Assembly: GCA_900315995.1 (NCBI GenBank)
Contig: ONBF01000002.1
Location: 1-54,409 of the forward strand
DNA length: 54,409 bases
Direction: 5' to 3'
Source: an uncultured Eubacteriales bacterium
Lineage (GTDB): Bacteria; Bacillota; Clostridia; Christensenellales; RUG350
Within the stretch, counting starts at the first letter, position 1, and every line of letters begins with the position of its first letter. The position numbers and the translations under genes are program-made. The notes under the pieces were generated by a model that was given only the letters and a program-made list of their open reading frames with translations, did not search any database and was not told the origin of the DNA. This document shows, in pieces, positions 6,309-16,344 of the stretch.

Positions 6309-8764
6309 TTTTTCTTTCGAGCCGTTTTTTTGGACAGTATCCTTAAAAAGATTATAATGAACGCCGCCGAAAAGATTATAACAAGCGCGACTATCTGCGC
6401 AGTAGACAGCCCCGGGGTTTTAAGAGACGAAGTCAAAACGTATCCCGATATTTCTCCGAAAGTAACGAAAGTGAAAAGTTCGTCTTTATCGTAAGGCGCG
6501 GATAATTCGACTGTATCGCCGACCTTTAATATCCCGATAATAGAGGACGACTCGTTTGCCTCAGTATATATCTTAGTGTTGTCGGAACATACGTCGGCAT
6601 AGTATTTTTCGGGTGTTATCGGATCGTTCGCTTGCGAATCGCTACCGCGTTTTGAAGCCACAATGTCAGCGCGTTTAACGTATCCGACGCCACCGTCAAC
6701 GTATATCGAATACCACGCGGAATTATCGTATCCGCAAACATCACTCAGCGTTTCGATTTGCGCGCCTTTATTAAGCATCGTGAGTTTAACCGAGTTAACG
6801 TCAGGGTATTTGTATACGACAGTGTTTGCAAATAATGTCGAACCGTATTTAACAGACGGAATGCTCGAGGATAGTTCGGTAATGGAAGATTTCAAAATAA
6901 ATTCACCCGCACCGTTGCGCATAACGTAGCAAAACGTGTTTCCGTTGTGTTCATATTCTTTATTGTCAATGCAGTAAACGAGAGCGTCAATCTCGGTGTT
7001 CGCACCCGATTCGTAATCGTCGGGATATGTGAACGAGTTATAATTTCCGTTAGTTATTTTATAGATTTTCGCTTCTTTAAGAATAGGCTCGGACGATTTA
7101 CAGTCGGGTGCCGTATACGCGCTCGTAAATGTTGCCTTGTATTCTATTCCGTGCGCGTTAAGTTCTTCAAACGAAATATACGTTAAGGTATGCGGATTGT
7201 TCGATGTAAAATAAATTCCGTCGTCGGATAACGTAAAGTCGGTAGGAGTAATACCATCGACGGTTACGCAGTCGACGTATTCGTATCCCGAAAGCAATCG
7301 TTTAAGATATGTAAGTTTATAAGCATTATCGTTCTCGGTCATTATTATCAAATTGCCGCACGCGTCGCACTCAATGCGCATAACTTGTCCCGAAATGTGG
7401 ACGGACGACAGTTGAGTCGTGAATAACGTTGTTTTTGCGTCGGTATGTAAAGCGACTATGTTTTCGTTATTGACAAGGTATAATATTTTTCCGTTAAATG
7501 AGGCGCACACGTCAATGAAATTACCTCCCGCAATAAGCGACGAAGAAGAGTTTGAATAAGTGTAAACATCGCCGTTGTTGTCGATATAAAGGACGCCGTC
7601 TTTGAACGATTTAAGCGAATTGACAGTTACATTTGATATAAGCGTAGTAGCGGAATCGTTCGGGAGAGGATAAAGTTTAAGTCCTTCCGAATCGGCAAAG
7701 TAAACATCGGTCGAGTTGACGGCGACTTTATATACGCCCGTGCTCTTAATTTCGGAAGAGTTGGGGATAAGTACTCGGTCGTTACCCTTGTCGGCTATCG
7801 CAACCGTTTCACCGTCCGCACTGATTGAGACGGGATTATTAAGCCTTTCAAGCGTTGCGCCTACTGTTGTTAAAAGTTTTTCTCGCAAAAGCGTTCCGTC
7901 GTTTTGCATGTCGTACACGGCAACGCCGTTTGCAAGTGAAGAGAACGACGCATACAATTTTGAATTATAGGACGAAAGGGATATAAACTGTGAAGACGTT
8001 CCGAGAGATTCGTCGGACGAAACGGAACAAACTTCGGTATAGTCCGTCAAAGTGTATACGTGAATTTCGGTTTCCGTAAGTAAATACAGATAATTGTCAT
8101 CTGCGGAAACGGCGGTCGGATAAAACGGCAACGTAAAGGAATATTTTTCACCGCTTAATCTTATATCGGTTACGGAATTGTCCTTTCTTACGGCAAATAC
8201 GGATTGCGAGTTTGCGGCAAACAATTCGGACGAGTCGAAAGATTCTTGAATATTTTGAGATGACGCGAGTTTGCCGTTAATCGTTTCAAGCGTTTCAATG
8301 GCACTTAAATCGTAAACGTAGTAACCTGTTCGGTAACAGATGAACAGCGAATCGTTATATACGGCGAGAGATACTCCGACTATTAGAGATAATCCGACTA
8401 TTGAAGAATCGGTATGATTTCCCGTTGTCAAATCATAAATTCGCATAAGAGCGTTGTCGCCGTTGCGCAAGACACAGAACGTAAAATTTTTGTATACCGC
8501 AACGCCTACTACATTTGTATATCCGTCCATATTCAAAACTTGTTTTGTATTATCCGTTCTTGAAAGCGCGTATAACGATTCGTTTTCGGTATAAACGATA
8601 TAATCGTCGTTTACGGATAATTTTTGCGGAGAAAATTCAATGTAGTCCGTCGAATTAATCAGTGAAAAGCGTGGCGTAATATTTCCGTCCGCATAAGCAA
8701 CTGGGACGAAAGATATTATCGCAACGGCTGTTAAAATTAAGAATAACAAAAAACTTTTTTTCAT
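6305..8764 (-). CDS. Large surface protein: signal peptide, long repeat-like beta-rich region, two SH3b-like domains, C-terminal TM anchor
   Basis: N-terminus MKKSFLLFLILTAVAIISFVPVAYADG. SH3b-like segments ('...AWYSIYVDGGVGYVKRADI', '...FVTFGEISGYVLTSSLK'). C-terminal hydrophobic helix followed by KKTARKKN. Confidence 0.7.
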   Translation of the reverse strand: MKKSFLLFLILTAVAIISFVPVAYADGNITPRFSLINSTDYIEFSPQKLSVNDDYIVYTENESLYALSRTDNTKQVLNMDGYTNVVGVAVYKNFTFCVLRNGDNALMRIYDLTTGNHTDSSIVGLSLIVGVSLAVYNDSLFICYRTGYYVYDLSAIETLETINGKLASSQNIQESFDSSELFAANSQSVFAVRKDNSVTDIRLSGEKYSFTLPFYPTAVSADDNYLYLLTETEIHVYTLTDYTEVCSVSSDESLGTSSQFISLSSYNSKLYASFSSLANGVAVYDMQNDGTLLREKLLTTVGATLERLNNPVSISADGETVAIADKGNDRVLIPNSSEIKSTGVYKVAVNSTDVYFADSEGLKLYPLPNDSATTLISNVTVNSLKSFKDGVLYIDNNGDVYTYSNSSSSLIAGGNFIDVCASFNGKILYLVNNENIVALHTDAKTTLFTTQLSSVHISGQVMRIECDACGNLIIMTENDNAYKLTYLKRLLSGYEYVDCVTVDGITPTDFTLSDDGIYFTSNNPHTLTYISFEELNAHGIEYKATFTSAYTAPDCKSSEPILKEAKIYKITNGNYNSFTYPDDYESGANTEIDALVYCIDNKEYEHNGNTFCYVMRNGAGEFILKSSITELSSSIPSVKYGSTLFANTVVYKYPDVNSVKLTMLNKGAQIETLSDVCGYDNSAWYSIYVDGGVGYVKRADIVASKRGSDSQANDPITPEKYYADVCSDNTKIYTEANESSSIIGILKVGDTVELSAPYDKDELFTFVTFGEISGYVLTSSLKTPGLSTAQIVALVIIFSAAFIIIFLRILSKKTARKKN

Positions 8765-9936
8765 AACACCACCATATTTGAATCGAGTTCGAGATTGTCC
8801 GTTATAAGACTTGTTATCGAAGCCGTTTGATTTTCAAATTCATACAATTTTGAACAAATCGGGTCGGCGTTGTTCAAATCTTTGTACTTTCCGATTAAAT
8901 TCTTTTTATCTCGCCATAAGGACAGAAGAGCGGACTTTTGCTTTTTTCCGATTGCGAGTATTCTCGCGTACGGCGGAGCTTTCATAAGAGTTTTGACGTA
9001 ATCATCTGTTACGTTGAACAGCGCGTATAAACTTATCCGTTTGAGACGGGACAGAGTGTACCGCTTGGTTTTGACGGATTCGAGATACTCTTGATACGTT
9101 TTCGCAGATTTAGCGCACTCGGATATTCTGTTTTCAAGACCTTCGTTTACGTCGTATATGTTGTTCAAGTCTCTTTTGGGAATAGTTTTCAGTCTTGACA
9201 GAAGTAACATATCTTCGATTTCGGACTTGTAATGCAAGTTTTTCAAATCGTCGTATACATATTGCGGAACGTATTCCCGTATCTCTTCCGTTTTTCCGTT
9301 CAAAACAAGTTTTCGTATCGCGCTCGACGAAAGCATATTGTTAATCGGAACGTCGGAGTCGCGTCCGTTGTCAATACGTTTAATCGGAATAGGTATAATT
9401 TTCGACTTAGCGCGTTTAATTGCCGTAACGTACGCAATAGCAAGCAAGTCGTTGGGCGCGGAAAAGTCGAAACCGTTCATATCGGGTAATATCGTTTTGA
9501 GAGCCTTTTCACGCGCGCTCGGAAAGGGCAGTCCTTCGTCAAGTCCGCTTTTCAAAGCGGTCTTGTACTCCTCGGGCTCACGGCTTAAAACGTCCGCTAT
9601 TTTTTCAATCGATTGTAAATTATCGGATTCGCTTCCGAAAGCTATATAATCGACGTTCAGATAATCGGCGACTTTTATTCCCGTTTGGGCGAACTGTTCG
9701 GCGTTAAAAAAAGAAGAGCATGCCGGTAGCTCTATCACGACGTCCGCGCCGCTTTGTACAGCATGGCGGGCTCGTGGAAACCGTGGGAGTATTGCGCATT
9801 CTCCACGTTGGACGAAACTTCCGCTCATAATACAAATAACCGCGTCGGCACCCGATCTGAGACGTGCTTGCTCTATACAGTATTTATGCCCGTTATGGAA
9901 CGGATTATACTCGCAAATTACGGCTACGGTTCGCAA
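8761..9936 (-). CDS. tmcAL: tRNA(Met) cytidine acetate ligase (YlbM/UPF0348 nucleotidyltransferase)
   Basis: 'VICEYNPFHNGHKY...IMSGSFVQRGE' N-terminal HxGH-type motif and about 390 aa length, typical of TmcAL. Confidence 0.85.
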   Translation of the reverse strand: MRTVAVICEYNPFHNGHKYCIEQARLRSGADAVICIMSGSFVQRGECAILPRFPRARHAVQSGADVVIELPACSSFFNAEQFAQTGIKVADYLNVDYIAFGSESDNLQSIEKIADVLSREPEEYKTALKSGLDEGLPFPSAREKALKTILPDMNGFDFSAPNDLLAIAYVTAIKRAKSKIIPIPIKRIDNGRDSDVPINNMLSSSAIRKLVLNGKTEEIREYVPQYVYDDLKNLHYKSEIEDMLLLSRLKTIPKRDLNNIYDVNEGLENRISECAKSAKTYQEYLESVKTKRYTLSRLKRISLYALFNVTDDYVKTLMKAPPYARILAIGKKQKSALLSLWRDKKNLIGKYKDLNNADPICSKLYEFENQTASITSLITDNLELDSNMVVL

Positions 9937-9992
9937 TTATTTTTCTCCTTGATTTTATTAATTACGCAAACGTTAAAGTGTGCGGAAATAAT

Positions 9993-10020
9993 TTGCAATA
10001 AATTATCTTTTGTGTATAAT
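9993..10020 (+). promoter_or_regulatory. Candidate sigma-A promoter for pta-ackA
   Basis: TTGCAA - 16 nt - TATAAT, about 60 nt upstream of the pta ATG. Confidence 0.5.
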
Positions 10021-10082
10021 TATAAAGGTTAATCCGTAATTAATAAAGCGTTTTTACGTTTATATTTTCAAGGGGGCTGTTT

Positions 10083-11075
10083 ATGTCAAAAGTTATCGAC
10101 GGTATTATTGCCAAAGCGCAAGCGGGATACAAACGTATCGTTCTTGCCGAAGGCGAAGACGAAAGAGTTGTACGCGCCGCGGTCGAAATTACCGCGCGTA
10201 AAATAGCAAAGATTGTGTTGCTCGGCGACGAACTGAAAATACGCGCCGAACACAAAGATTTACATTTTGACGGAATTGAAATCGTTAATCCGCAGACAAG
10301 CGAACTACGCTCGAAGTATTCGGCACTTTTGTTTGAATTGAGAAAGTCGAAAGGTATGACCGAAGAGGAAGCTTATAAACTCGCTGGCGCAAACCTTTAT
10401 TTCGGCGTGCTTATGATTAAGGCGGGCGACGCGGACGGTATGGTGGGCGGCGCTTGTCACTCAACGGGCGACGTTTTACGTCCCGCACTTCAAATAATCA
10501 AGACGAAACCCGGAATTAATTCCGTATCGGGCGCGTTCCTTATGGCTTTACCCGATAACAGTCCGTTCGGTCAAAACGGCGTTATGGTATTCGGTGATTG
10601 CGCCGTTATTCCCGATCCTTCGGCGGAACAGCTTGCGGCTATTGCGGTGGCTTCCGCAGAGACCGCGAGAAAACTCGGAGACGTTGAACCGAAAGTCGCA
10701 ATGCTTTCGTATTCGACGAAAAGCAGTGCAAAAAGCGAGATGGTGGATAAAGTTGCGCTTGCGACTAAACTTGCGCACGAGATAGCGCCCGACCTTGAAC
10801 TCGACGGAGAACTTCAAGCAGACGCCGCGCTCGTTCAATCGGTAGCCGATCTCAAAGCTCCCGGAAGCAAAGTCGCGGGACACGCCAACGTATTCGTATT
10901 TCCCGATTTGAACGCAGGCAATATTGGGTATAAACTCGTTCAACGATTCGGTGGCGTTCAAGCAATAGGACCGATTTGTCAAGGTCTTGCGAAACCCGTT
11001 AACGATTTATCGCGCGGATGCTCCGTCGACGATATAGTCGTAGGCGTTGCGATAACGTCCGTTCTCGATATGTAA
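10083..11075 (+). CDS. pta: Phosphate acetyltransferase
   Basis: 330 aa short-form Pta. '...RIVLAEGEDERV...GACHSTGDVLRPALQIIKT...' Immediately upstream of ackA. Confidence 0.9.
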   Translation: MSKVIDGIIAKAQAGYKRIVLAEGEDERVVRAAVEITARKIAKIVLLGDELKIRAEHKDLHFDGIEIVNPQTSELRSKYSALLFELRKSKGMTEEEAYKLAGANLYFGVLMIKAGDADGMVGGACHSTGDVLRPALQIIKTKPGINSVSGAFLMALPDNSPFGQNGVMVFGDCAVIPDPSAEQLAAIAVASAETARKLGDVEPKVAMLSYSTKSSAKSEMVDKVALATKLAHEIAPDLELDGELQADAALVQSVADLKAPGSKVAGHANVFVFPDLNAGNIGYKLVQRFGGVQAIGPICQGLAKPVNDLSRGCSVDDIVVGVAITSVLDM

Positions 11076-11085
11076 GGAGTATACG

Positions 11086-12297
11086 ATGGATAAAAAAGAT
11101 ATGAAAATTCTGGTGTTGAACGCGGGCAGCTCGTCGCTTAAATATCAACTTATCGATATGGCTACCGAAAAGGCAGTCGCAAAGGGCGTATGCGACAGAA
11201 TAGGTATAGACGGTTCGTTAATAGAGCAAAAGTGCGGAGATAAAGAACTCGTTATCAAGGAAAACCTTGCGACGCATACCGACGCGTTCAAATTATTGCT
11301 TAAAGCGCTTGTAGACAAAGACAAAGGCGCAATTAAGAGCATAGACGAAATAAGCGCGGTCGGACACAGAGTGCTTCACAGTGGCGAAGACTTCAAAGGC
11401 TCGGTGGTTATAACCGACGAAGTTATTAAAATTTGCGAAAAAAACGCGCCTCTCGGACCGCTTCATATGAACGCGAATATAAATTGTATCAAATCCGCAA
11501 TGAAAGTATTGCCGGGTAAACCGATGGTAGCGGTATTCGATACGACTTTCCATTCGACGATGCCGAAATACGCATATATGTACGCTGTGCCTTACGACGC
11601 ATACGAAAACTGGCAGGTAAGAAAGTACGGTTTCCACGGAACGTCACATAAATTCGTAAGCGGAGAGGCAATCAAATATCTTAAAAGCATAGGCGCACCG
11701 CACGCAAGAATCATTACGTGTCATCTCGGAAACGGCGCGTCGCTTGCCGCCGTTAAGGACGGAAAGTGTATAGATACTTCAATGGGGTTCACGCCGCTTG
11801 AAGGGCTTGTTATGGGTACCCGTTCGGGCGATATAGACCCTGCTTGCGTCGAGTACATTATGAATAAAACGGGTATGAGTATCAGCGAGACGCTTAATTA
11901 TTTGAACAAAAAGAGCGGTGTACTCGGAATAAGCGGAATTTCAAGTGATTTCAGAGATTTGACGGCGGCGGCAGAGCAGGGTAACGAACGCGCTAAACTT
12001 GCTATCGATATGTTCGTATACAGAGTTAAAAAGTATATCGGTGCGTACGCCGCGGCATTGGGCGGCGTGGACTGCATACTCTTTACGGGCGGTATCGGCG
12101 AAAACGTCAAGATAGTGAGAAGTCGGGTTATGGAAGGACTTGAATACTTGGGAGTTGAATTCGATAAAGAAAAGAGCGACAACGCTCCGCGCGGACAAAC
12201 GGTCGAACTTCAAAAACCCGCGTCGAAAGTCAAAGTACTCATATTGCCCACAAACGAAGAGCTTGTCATTGCACGAGAAACGCTTGCACTTATTTAA
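11086..12297 (+). CDS. ackA: Acetate kinase
   Basis: 'KILVLNAGSSSLKYQL', 'GFHGTSH', 'TCHLGNGAS', 'MGTRSGDIDP' signature motifs. The start could also be the ATG at 11101. Confidence 0.95.
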   Translation: MDKKDMKILVLNAGSSSLKYQLIDMATEKAVAKGVCDRIGIDGSLIEQKCGDKELVIKENLATHTDAFKLLLKALVDKDKGAIKSIDEISAVGHRVLHSGEDFKGSVVITDEVIKICEKNAPLGPLHMNANINCIKSAMKVLPGKPMVAVFDTTFHSTMPKYAYMYAVPYDAYENWQVRKYGFHGTSHKFVSGEAIKYLKSIGAPHARIITCHLGNGASLAAVKDGKCIDTSMGFTPLEGLVMGTRSGDIDPACVEYIMNKTGMSISETLNYLNKKSGVLGISGISSDFRDLTAAAEQGNERAKLAIDMFVYRVKKYIGAYAAALGGVDCILFTGGIGENVKIVRSRVMEGLEYLGVEFDKEKSDNAPRGQTVELQKPASKVKVLILPTNEELVIARETLALI

Positions 12298-12303
12298 TTT
12301 TGA

Positions 12304-12332
12304 TTGACAAGTAGCTTTTATGTATTTATAAT
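12304..12332 (+). promoter_or_regulatory. Consensus sigma-A promoter for yceD-rpmF
   Basis: TTGACA - 17 nt - TATAAT, exact consensus, 27 nt upstream of the 12359 ATG. Confidence 0.65.
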
Positions 12333-12358
12333 TATACCGTTACACATAAAGGTTTGAT

Positions 12359-12844
12359 ATGGTAATTGATTTGAAAGGCGTCGAAATCGGCGCGATTATT
12401 AACCGCGAGTTTTCGTTTAAGATTGACGAAAACTTATTGGCGGACAGAAACGCGGAGATTGAAAGCGACGTTAAATTTACGGGATGGTATTCGCTCGCGG
12501 ACAGCAACACGTTCGCTATCTCGGGAAGTTTGAAGATAAACGTACGAGGCGTATGCGACAGTTGCGGAGACTGCTATACGAGAGTTTACGAATTGCCGTA
12601 CAAGGCGACGTTCAGAGTGGCTCCCGAACTCGACGAGTATAAGTTTGACGGAGTGAGCGCAGACATCGATAAGAGCGTCGCGGATGCGATACTTCTCGAA
12701 TTGCCTACGAGATTGTTGTGTAAAGACGATTGCAAAGGAATTTGCACGATTTGCGGACAAAATCTCAATAAAGGCAAGTGTAATTGCAACAAAGACGGCG
12801 ACGGCGACAGTCCGTTCGCAGTACTCAAAGATATTAAGTTTTAA
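12359..12844 (+). CDS. yceD: YceD/DUF177 family protein (23S rRNA accumulation protein)
   Basis: C-terminal Cys cluster 'CKDDCKGICTICGQNLNKGKCNC' and conserved position directly upstream of rpmF. Confidence 0.85.
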   Translation: MVIDLKGVEIGAIINREFSFKIDENLLADRNAEIESDVKFTGWYSLADSNTFAISGSLKINVRGVCDSCGDCYTRVYELPYKATFRVAPELDEYKFDGVSADIDKSVADAILLELPTRLLCKDDCKGICTICGQNLNKGKCNCNKDGDGDSPFAVLKDIKF

Positions 12845-12860
12845 TAGGAGGTGCGGATAA

Positions 12861-13055
12861 ATGGCAGTACCGAAGGGAAAAGTTTCTAAATCGAGACGTG
12901 ATAAGAGAGCGGCTAATTGGAAAATAAGCGCGCCTAATCTTGTCGAGTGTCCTCAATGTCACGAGCTTAAAGCAAGCCATCAGGTTTGTCCTAAGTGCGG
13001 ATACTATGACAAAAAGCAAGTCGTAGTCGAGAACGGGAAGAAAGCGGATAAATAA
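12861..13055 (+). CDS. rpmF: 50S ribosomal protein L32
   Basis: MAVPKGKVSKSRRDKRAANWK...CPQCHE...CPKCGYY, with a GGAGG SD. Confidence 0.95.
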   Translation: MAVPKGKVSKSRRDKRAANWKISAPNLVECPQCHELKASHQVCPKCGYYDKKQVVVENGKKADK

Positions 13056-13073
13056 TTATTGATTATGATTACG

Positions 13074-13107
13074 AAAGAGCGTTATCGCATTTGATAACGC
13101 TCTTTTA
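13074..13107 (+). terminator. Rho-independent terminator after rpmF
   Basis: 13 bp perfect stem 'aaagagcgttatc'/'gataacgctcttt', 6 nt loop, T-run. Confidence 0.8.
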
Positions 13108-13124
13108 ATAATCGACGGGATTAA

Positions 13125-13799
13125 ATGAATACAGACGACCTTCAAAACGTACTTGAATATAAATTCCGTAACGTCGAACTTTTATCGGAGAGTTTGACGC
13201 ACTCGTCTTATGCGAACGAAACGGGTTCAAAGAGCAACGAAAGACTTGAATTCTTAGGCGACAGCGTACTCGGATTTACGGTTGCGGAATACTTGTTTCA
13301 AGACTGCGCTATGGATGAAGGCGAACTTACGAAAAAGCGCGCGAGTATGGTTTCGGAGCAACCTTTATCGGCTATTGCGTTGAGTTTGAATCTCGACAAG
13401 TATATTTTGAAAAAGCAAAGCGTACAGGCAAGTAAAGCCGTACTGTGCGACCTTTTGGAAGCCGTTATCGGCGCAATATTTATCGACGGCGGTATGGACG
13501 CGGCAAGGCGTTTCATAACAGAAAAAGTAATAAAACCGTTATTCTGCGACAAGAGATTGACAGACGAAGAATTTACGGACTATAAATCAAGGCTCGTCGA
13601 ATATTGTGTGAAAAACAATTTGAAACTCGATTACGTTTTGATTTCGGTAAGCGGTGAAGAACACGCACCTACGTATAGGTACAAGGTAGAGATTAACGGT
13701 AAGAACGTAGGCGAAGGCTCGGGGAGTTCAAAGAAAGACGCGCAACAAATCGCGTCCAAACGTGCGCTTGATAAAGTTAAGGCAGGTGAGTTATTATGA
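13125..13799 (+). CDS. rnc: Ribonuclease III
   Basis: 'NERLEFLGDSVLG' RNase III signature plus a C-terminal dsRBD ('SKKDAQQIASKRALD'). Confidence 0.95.
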   Translation: MNTDDLQNVLEYKFRNVELLSESLTHSSYANETGSKSNERLEFLGDSVLGFTVAEYLFQDCAMDEGELTKKRASMVSEQPLSAIALSLNLDKYILKKQSVQASKAVLCDLLEAVIGAIFIDGGMDAARRFITEKVIKPLFCDKRLTDEEFTDYKSRLVEYCVKNNLKLDYVLISVSGEEHAPTYRYKVEINGKNVGEGSGSSKKDAQQIASKRALDKVKAGELL

Positions 13800-14509
13800 T
13801 GAAAAACGAACTGTTTATCGATAACGGTGAAAGACCTATCGGCGGGACTTTGTATTACGGTTCGGGTTTTGACAACACAATAGTCGCGCTTCACGGTTAT
13901 TCCTCTTCGAGAAAGAGCGAGCATATAAGAGAACTTGCCGAAATTGCTACGCAAAACAAAACGGCGGTGCTTAGTTTTGATTTGCCCGAACACGGCGACA
14001 GACGGTCTCAACGCGCGACGCTTAATATGCGTAACTGCGCGGAAGACTTAAAAACGGTTATTGCCTACGCGCGCGAAGAACTTACCGATAAGATTTCGTT
14101 GTACGGTTCGAGTTTCGGCGCGTATGTTTGTCTTGTCGGTTCGGTCGGCGATTTCGCAATCGAAAAGTATATGTTGAGAGTACCCGCTCTTAATCCGATT
14201 AAAGTTTTAAGTAAGGTAATGAAAGACGTGTCGGACGCTGAAACGGAAAAGTTAAGAAAATTGATTCTCGAAATAACCGCGGGCGGTAGGGCGTTCGACG
14301 TATACGACCTTGTAAGAAAATACAAATATTCGCCGATAGATATAATATACTCTATTAACGACGAATACGTGGACGGTGCGGACGTGAGACGATTTGAAGC
14401 GATAGATACGAGCCGTATTCGTTTGACGTCCACGGGTGGCGGGCACGGCTTTACCACGACCACCGCACATAAAGCGTATACCGAGTGGCTTAACAACGCT
14501 TTCAAATAA
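13796..14509 (+). CDS. Alpha/beta-fold hydrolase
   Basis: 'ALHGYSSS' oxyanion-type motif and the 'LYGSSFGAY' GxSxG nucleophile elbow. ATGA-coupled to rnc. Confidence 0.7.
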   Translation: MMKNELFIDNGERPIGGTLYYGSGFDNTIVALHGYSSSRKSEHIRELAEIATQNKTAVLSFDLPEHGDRRSQRATLNMRNCAEDLKTVIAYAREELTDKISLYGSSFGAYVCLVGSVGDFAIEKYMLRVPALNPIKVLSKVMKDVSDAETEKLRKLILEITAGGRAFDVYDLVRKYKYSPIDIIYSINDEYVDGADVRRFEAIDTSRIRLTSTGGGHGFTTTTAHKAYTEWLNNAFK

Positions 14510-14531
14510 ATAAAACGACGGGGGAAAAATT

Positions 14532-15287
14532 ATGGCGATTGCTATCATTACGGGCGCGTCGAGCGGTATGGGGCGTGAGTTTGTAAGACAAATTGCAAAT
14601 GATAACGAATTGGACGAGATTTGGGTGCTTGCCCGTCGTGTAGACAGGCTTGCCGAACTTCAACTTCAACACGAAATTTCGAAAAAACTCATTATTAAAG
14701 GCGTTGATTTCAATAAACGTGCGGATATGGTTATGTTTTCGGAAGAATTAAAAGTTGCATCGCCCGAAGTTAAACTTCTTATAAACTGTGCGGGGCTCGG
14801 ATATATAGGTGAATTCGATAAGTTATCCGCAAACGACAACGTGGAAATGATTGACGTAAATTGTACTGCGCTTACCTATATGACGCATATCGTATTACCG
14901 TTTATCATAGACGGCGGACGCATTATTAATCTTGCATCGAGCGCGGCATATCTTCCGCAACCTAAATTTGCCGTTTATGCGGCAACGAAGTCGTACGTTT
15001 TGAGTCTGTCGCGTGCGCTCGGGCGCGAGCTGAGAAAGAGAAATATTAAAGTAACGGCAGTTTGTCCCGGTCCCGTAAAAACTGAATTTTTCGATCTTGC
15101 GGAACGTAAGTTTAAGGGGGCGTCGTATAAAGAAAAATTTATGGTTTCCGCGGACAAAGTGGTAAAGAGCGCGTTGAAAGCGAGCAAGAAAGGAAAGGCG
15201 GTCGTAACTTATTCGTTTTCAATGAAGTTTTTTAGGCTTATTTGTAAAGTGTTGCCTAAAAAGTGGCTTTTGGGTTTTGTGAAATAA
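14532..15287 (+). CDS. SDR family oxidoreductase
   Basis: 'ITGASSGMG' Rossmann motif and the 'YAATKSY' catalytic YxxxK. Confidence 0.85.
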   Translation: MAIAIITGASSGMGREFVRQIANDNELDEIWVLARRVDRLAELQLQHEISKKLIIKGVDFNKRADMVMFSEELKVASPEVKLLINCAGLGYIGEFDKLSANDNVEMIDVNCTALTYMTHIVLPFIIDGGRIINLASSAAYLPQPKFAVYAATKSYVLSLSRALGRELRKRNIKVTAVCPGPVKTEFFDLAERKFKGASYKEKFMVSADKVVKSALKASKKGKAVVTYSFSMKFFRLICKVLPKKWLLGFVK

Positions 15288-15412
15288 ACAGAATACGATA
15301 GCGTCGATTTTTGTTGACGATTGGTGTTTTTTCAATTAAAATAAAAGAATAATCCATATAATACAGAACGCATTAACAAGAACACACTTGTTGTGCGTTT
15401 GCAAGGGGAAAT

Positions 15413-16258
15413 ATGAAGATAGCGATTTCGGCGGAGAACACGATTGATTTACCGAAAGAACTGCTTTGCGGTTTTGATATACACGTTATTTCTTTTAACG
15501 TAACACTCGGAGACAAAACTTCTTCCGATTTTACGAGCGCCGACGTATTCAATTACGTGGATAAAACGGGAATACTTCCCAAAACAAGCGCAATAAACGA
15601 AGTCGAATACGGTGAATTTTTCGATACGCTTTTGAAAGATTATGACGCGATTATCCATTTTACAATCAGTTCAAAAATAAGCAGTACTTATAATAATGCG
15701 GTGCGCGCGGCGAAAGAACGTAAAAACTGTTACGTTGTCGATACGCAGGCTTTGTCAACGGGTAGCGCGCTTATTGCTATATACGCGTCTCGACTTGCAA
15801 AGAAAGGACTGAGTCCCGAAGATATAGTCGATAAAGTCAACGTTCGTATTCCGTATATACAGACAAGTTTCGTCGTCGAAAGACTTGATTATCTTTATAA
15901 GGGCGGAAGATGTTCGGCACTTGCTTTATTCGGCGCAAATCTTCTTAAAATACGTCCGCAGATACAAATCAAGGAAGGCGTAATGCAACCGACAAGAAAG
16001 TACAGAGGACGTATGGACGACGTTATAAAGAAGTATTGCAAAGATACACTTGCTGAATATAACAATCCCGATAAGTCCATTGGATTCGTAACTTATTCGT
16101 CCGCAAGCGACGAAATGGTCGATGTAAGCGTAAACGCATTGAAGAACGTCGGTTTCAAAGAAATATACACAACGTTTGCGGGACCTACCGTCGGAAGTCA
16201 TTGCGGAAGAAATACGCTCGGTATTTTTTACATAAACGACGGCGGGCAAGAAGATTAA
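15413..16258 (+). CDS. DegV family (fatty-acid-binding, FakB-like) protein, paralog 1
   Basis: 281 aa. Aligns with DegV landmarks ('TS' after 'LPK', 'ISS.ISST', 'L.YLYKGGRCS', 'G.T.GSHCG'). Confidence 0.85.
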   Translation: MKIAISAENTIDLPKELLCGFDIHVISFNVTLGDKTSSDFTSADVFNYVDKTGILPKTSAINEVEYGEFFDTLLKDYDAIIHFTISSKISSTYNNAVRAAKERKNCYVVDTQALSTGSALIAIYASRLAKKGLSPEDIVDKVNVRIPYIQTSFVVERLDYLYKGGRCSALALFGANLLKIRPQIQIKEGVMQPTRKYRGRMDDVIKKYCKDTLAEYNNPDKSIGFVTYSSASDEMVDVSVNALKNVGFKEIYTTFAGPTVGSHCGRNTLGIFYINDGGQED

Positions 16259-16344
16259 TCGATATTAAGATTAAATACCTACCGCTGCTTATATTGATAT
16301 AACATATTTGAACATATTAATAAAAAATATTTTTCGAGGTTATT

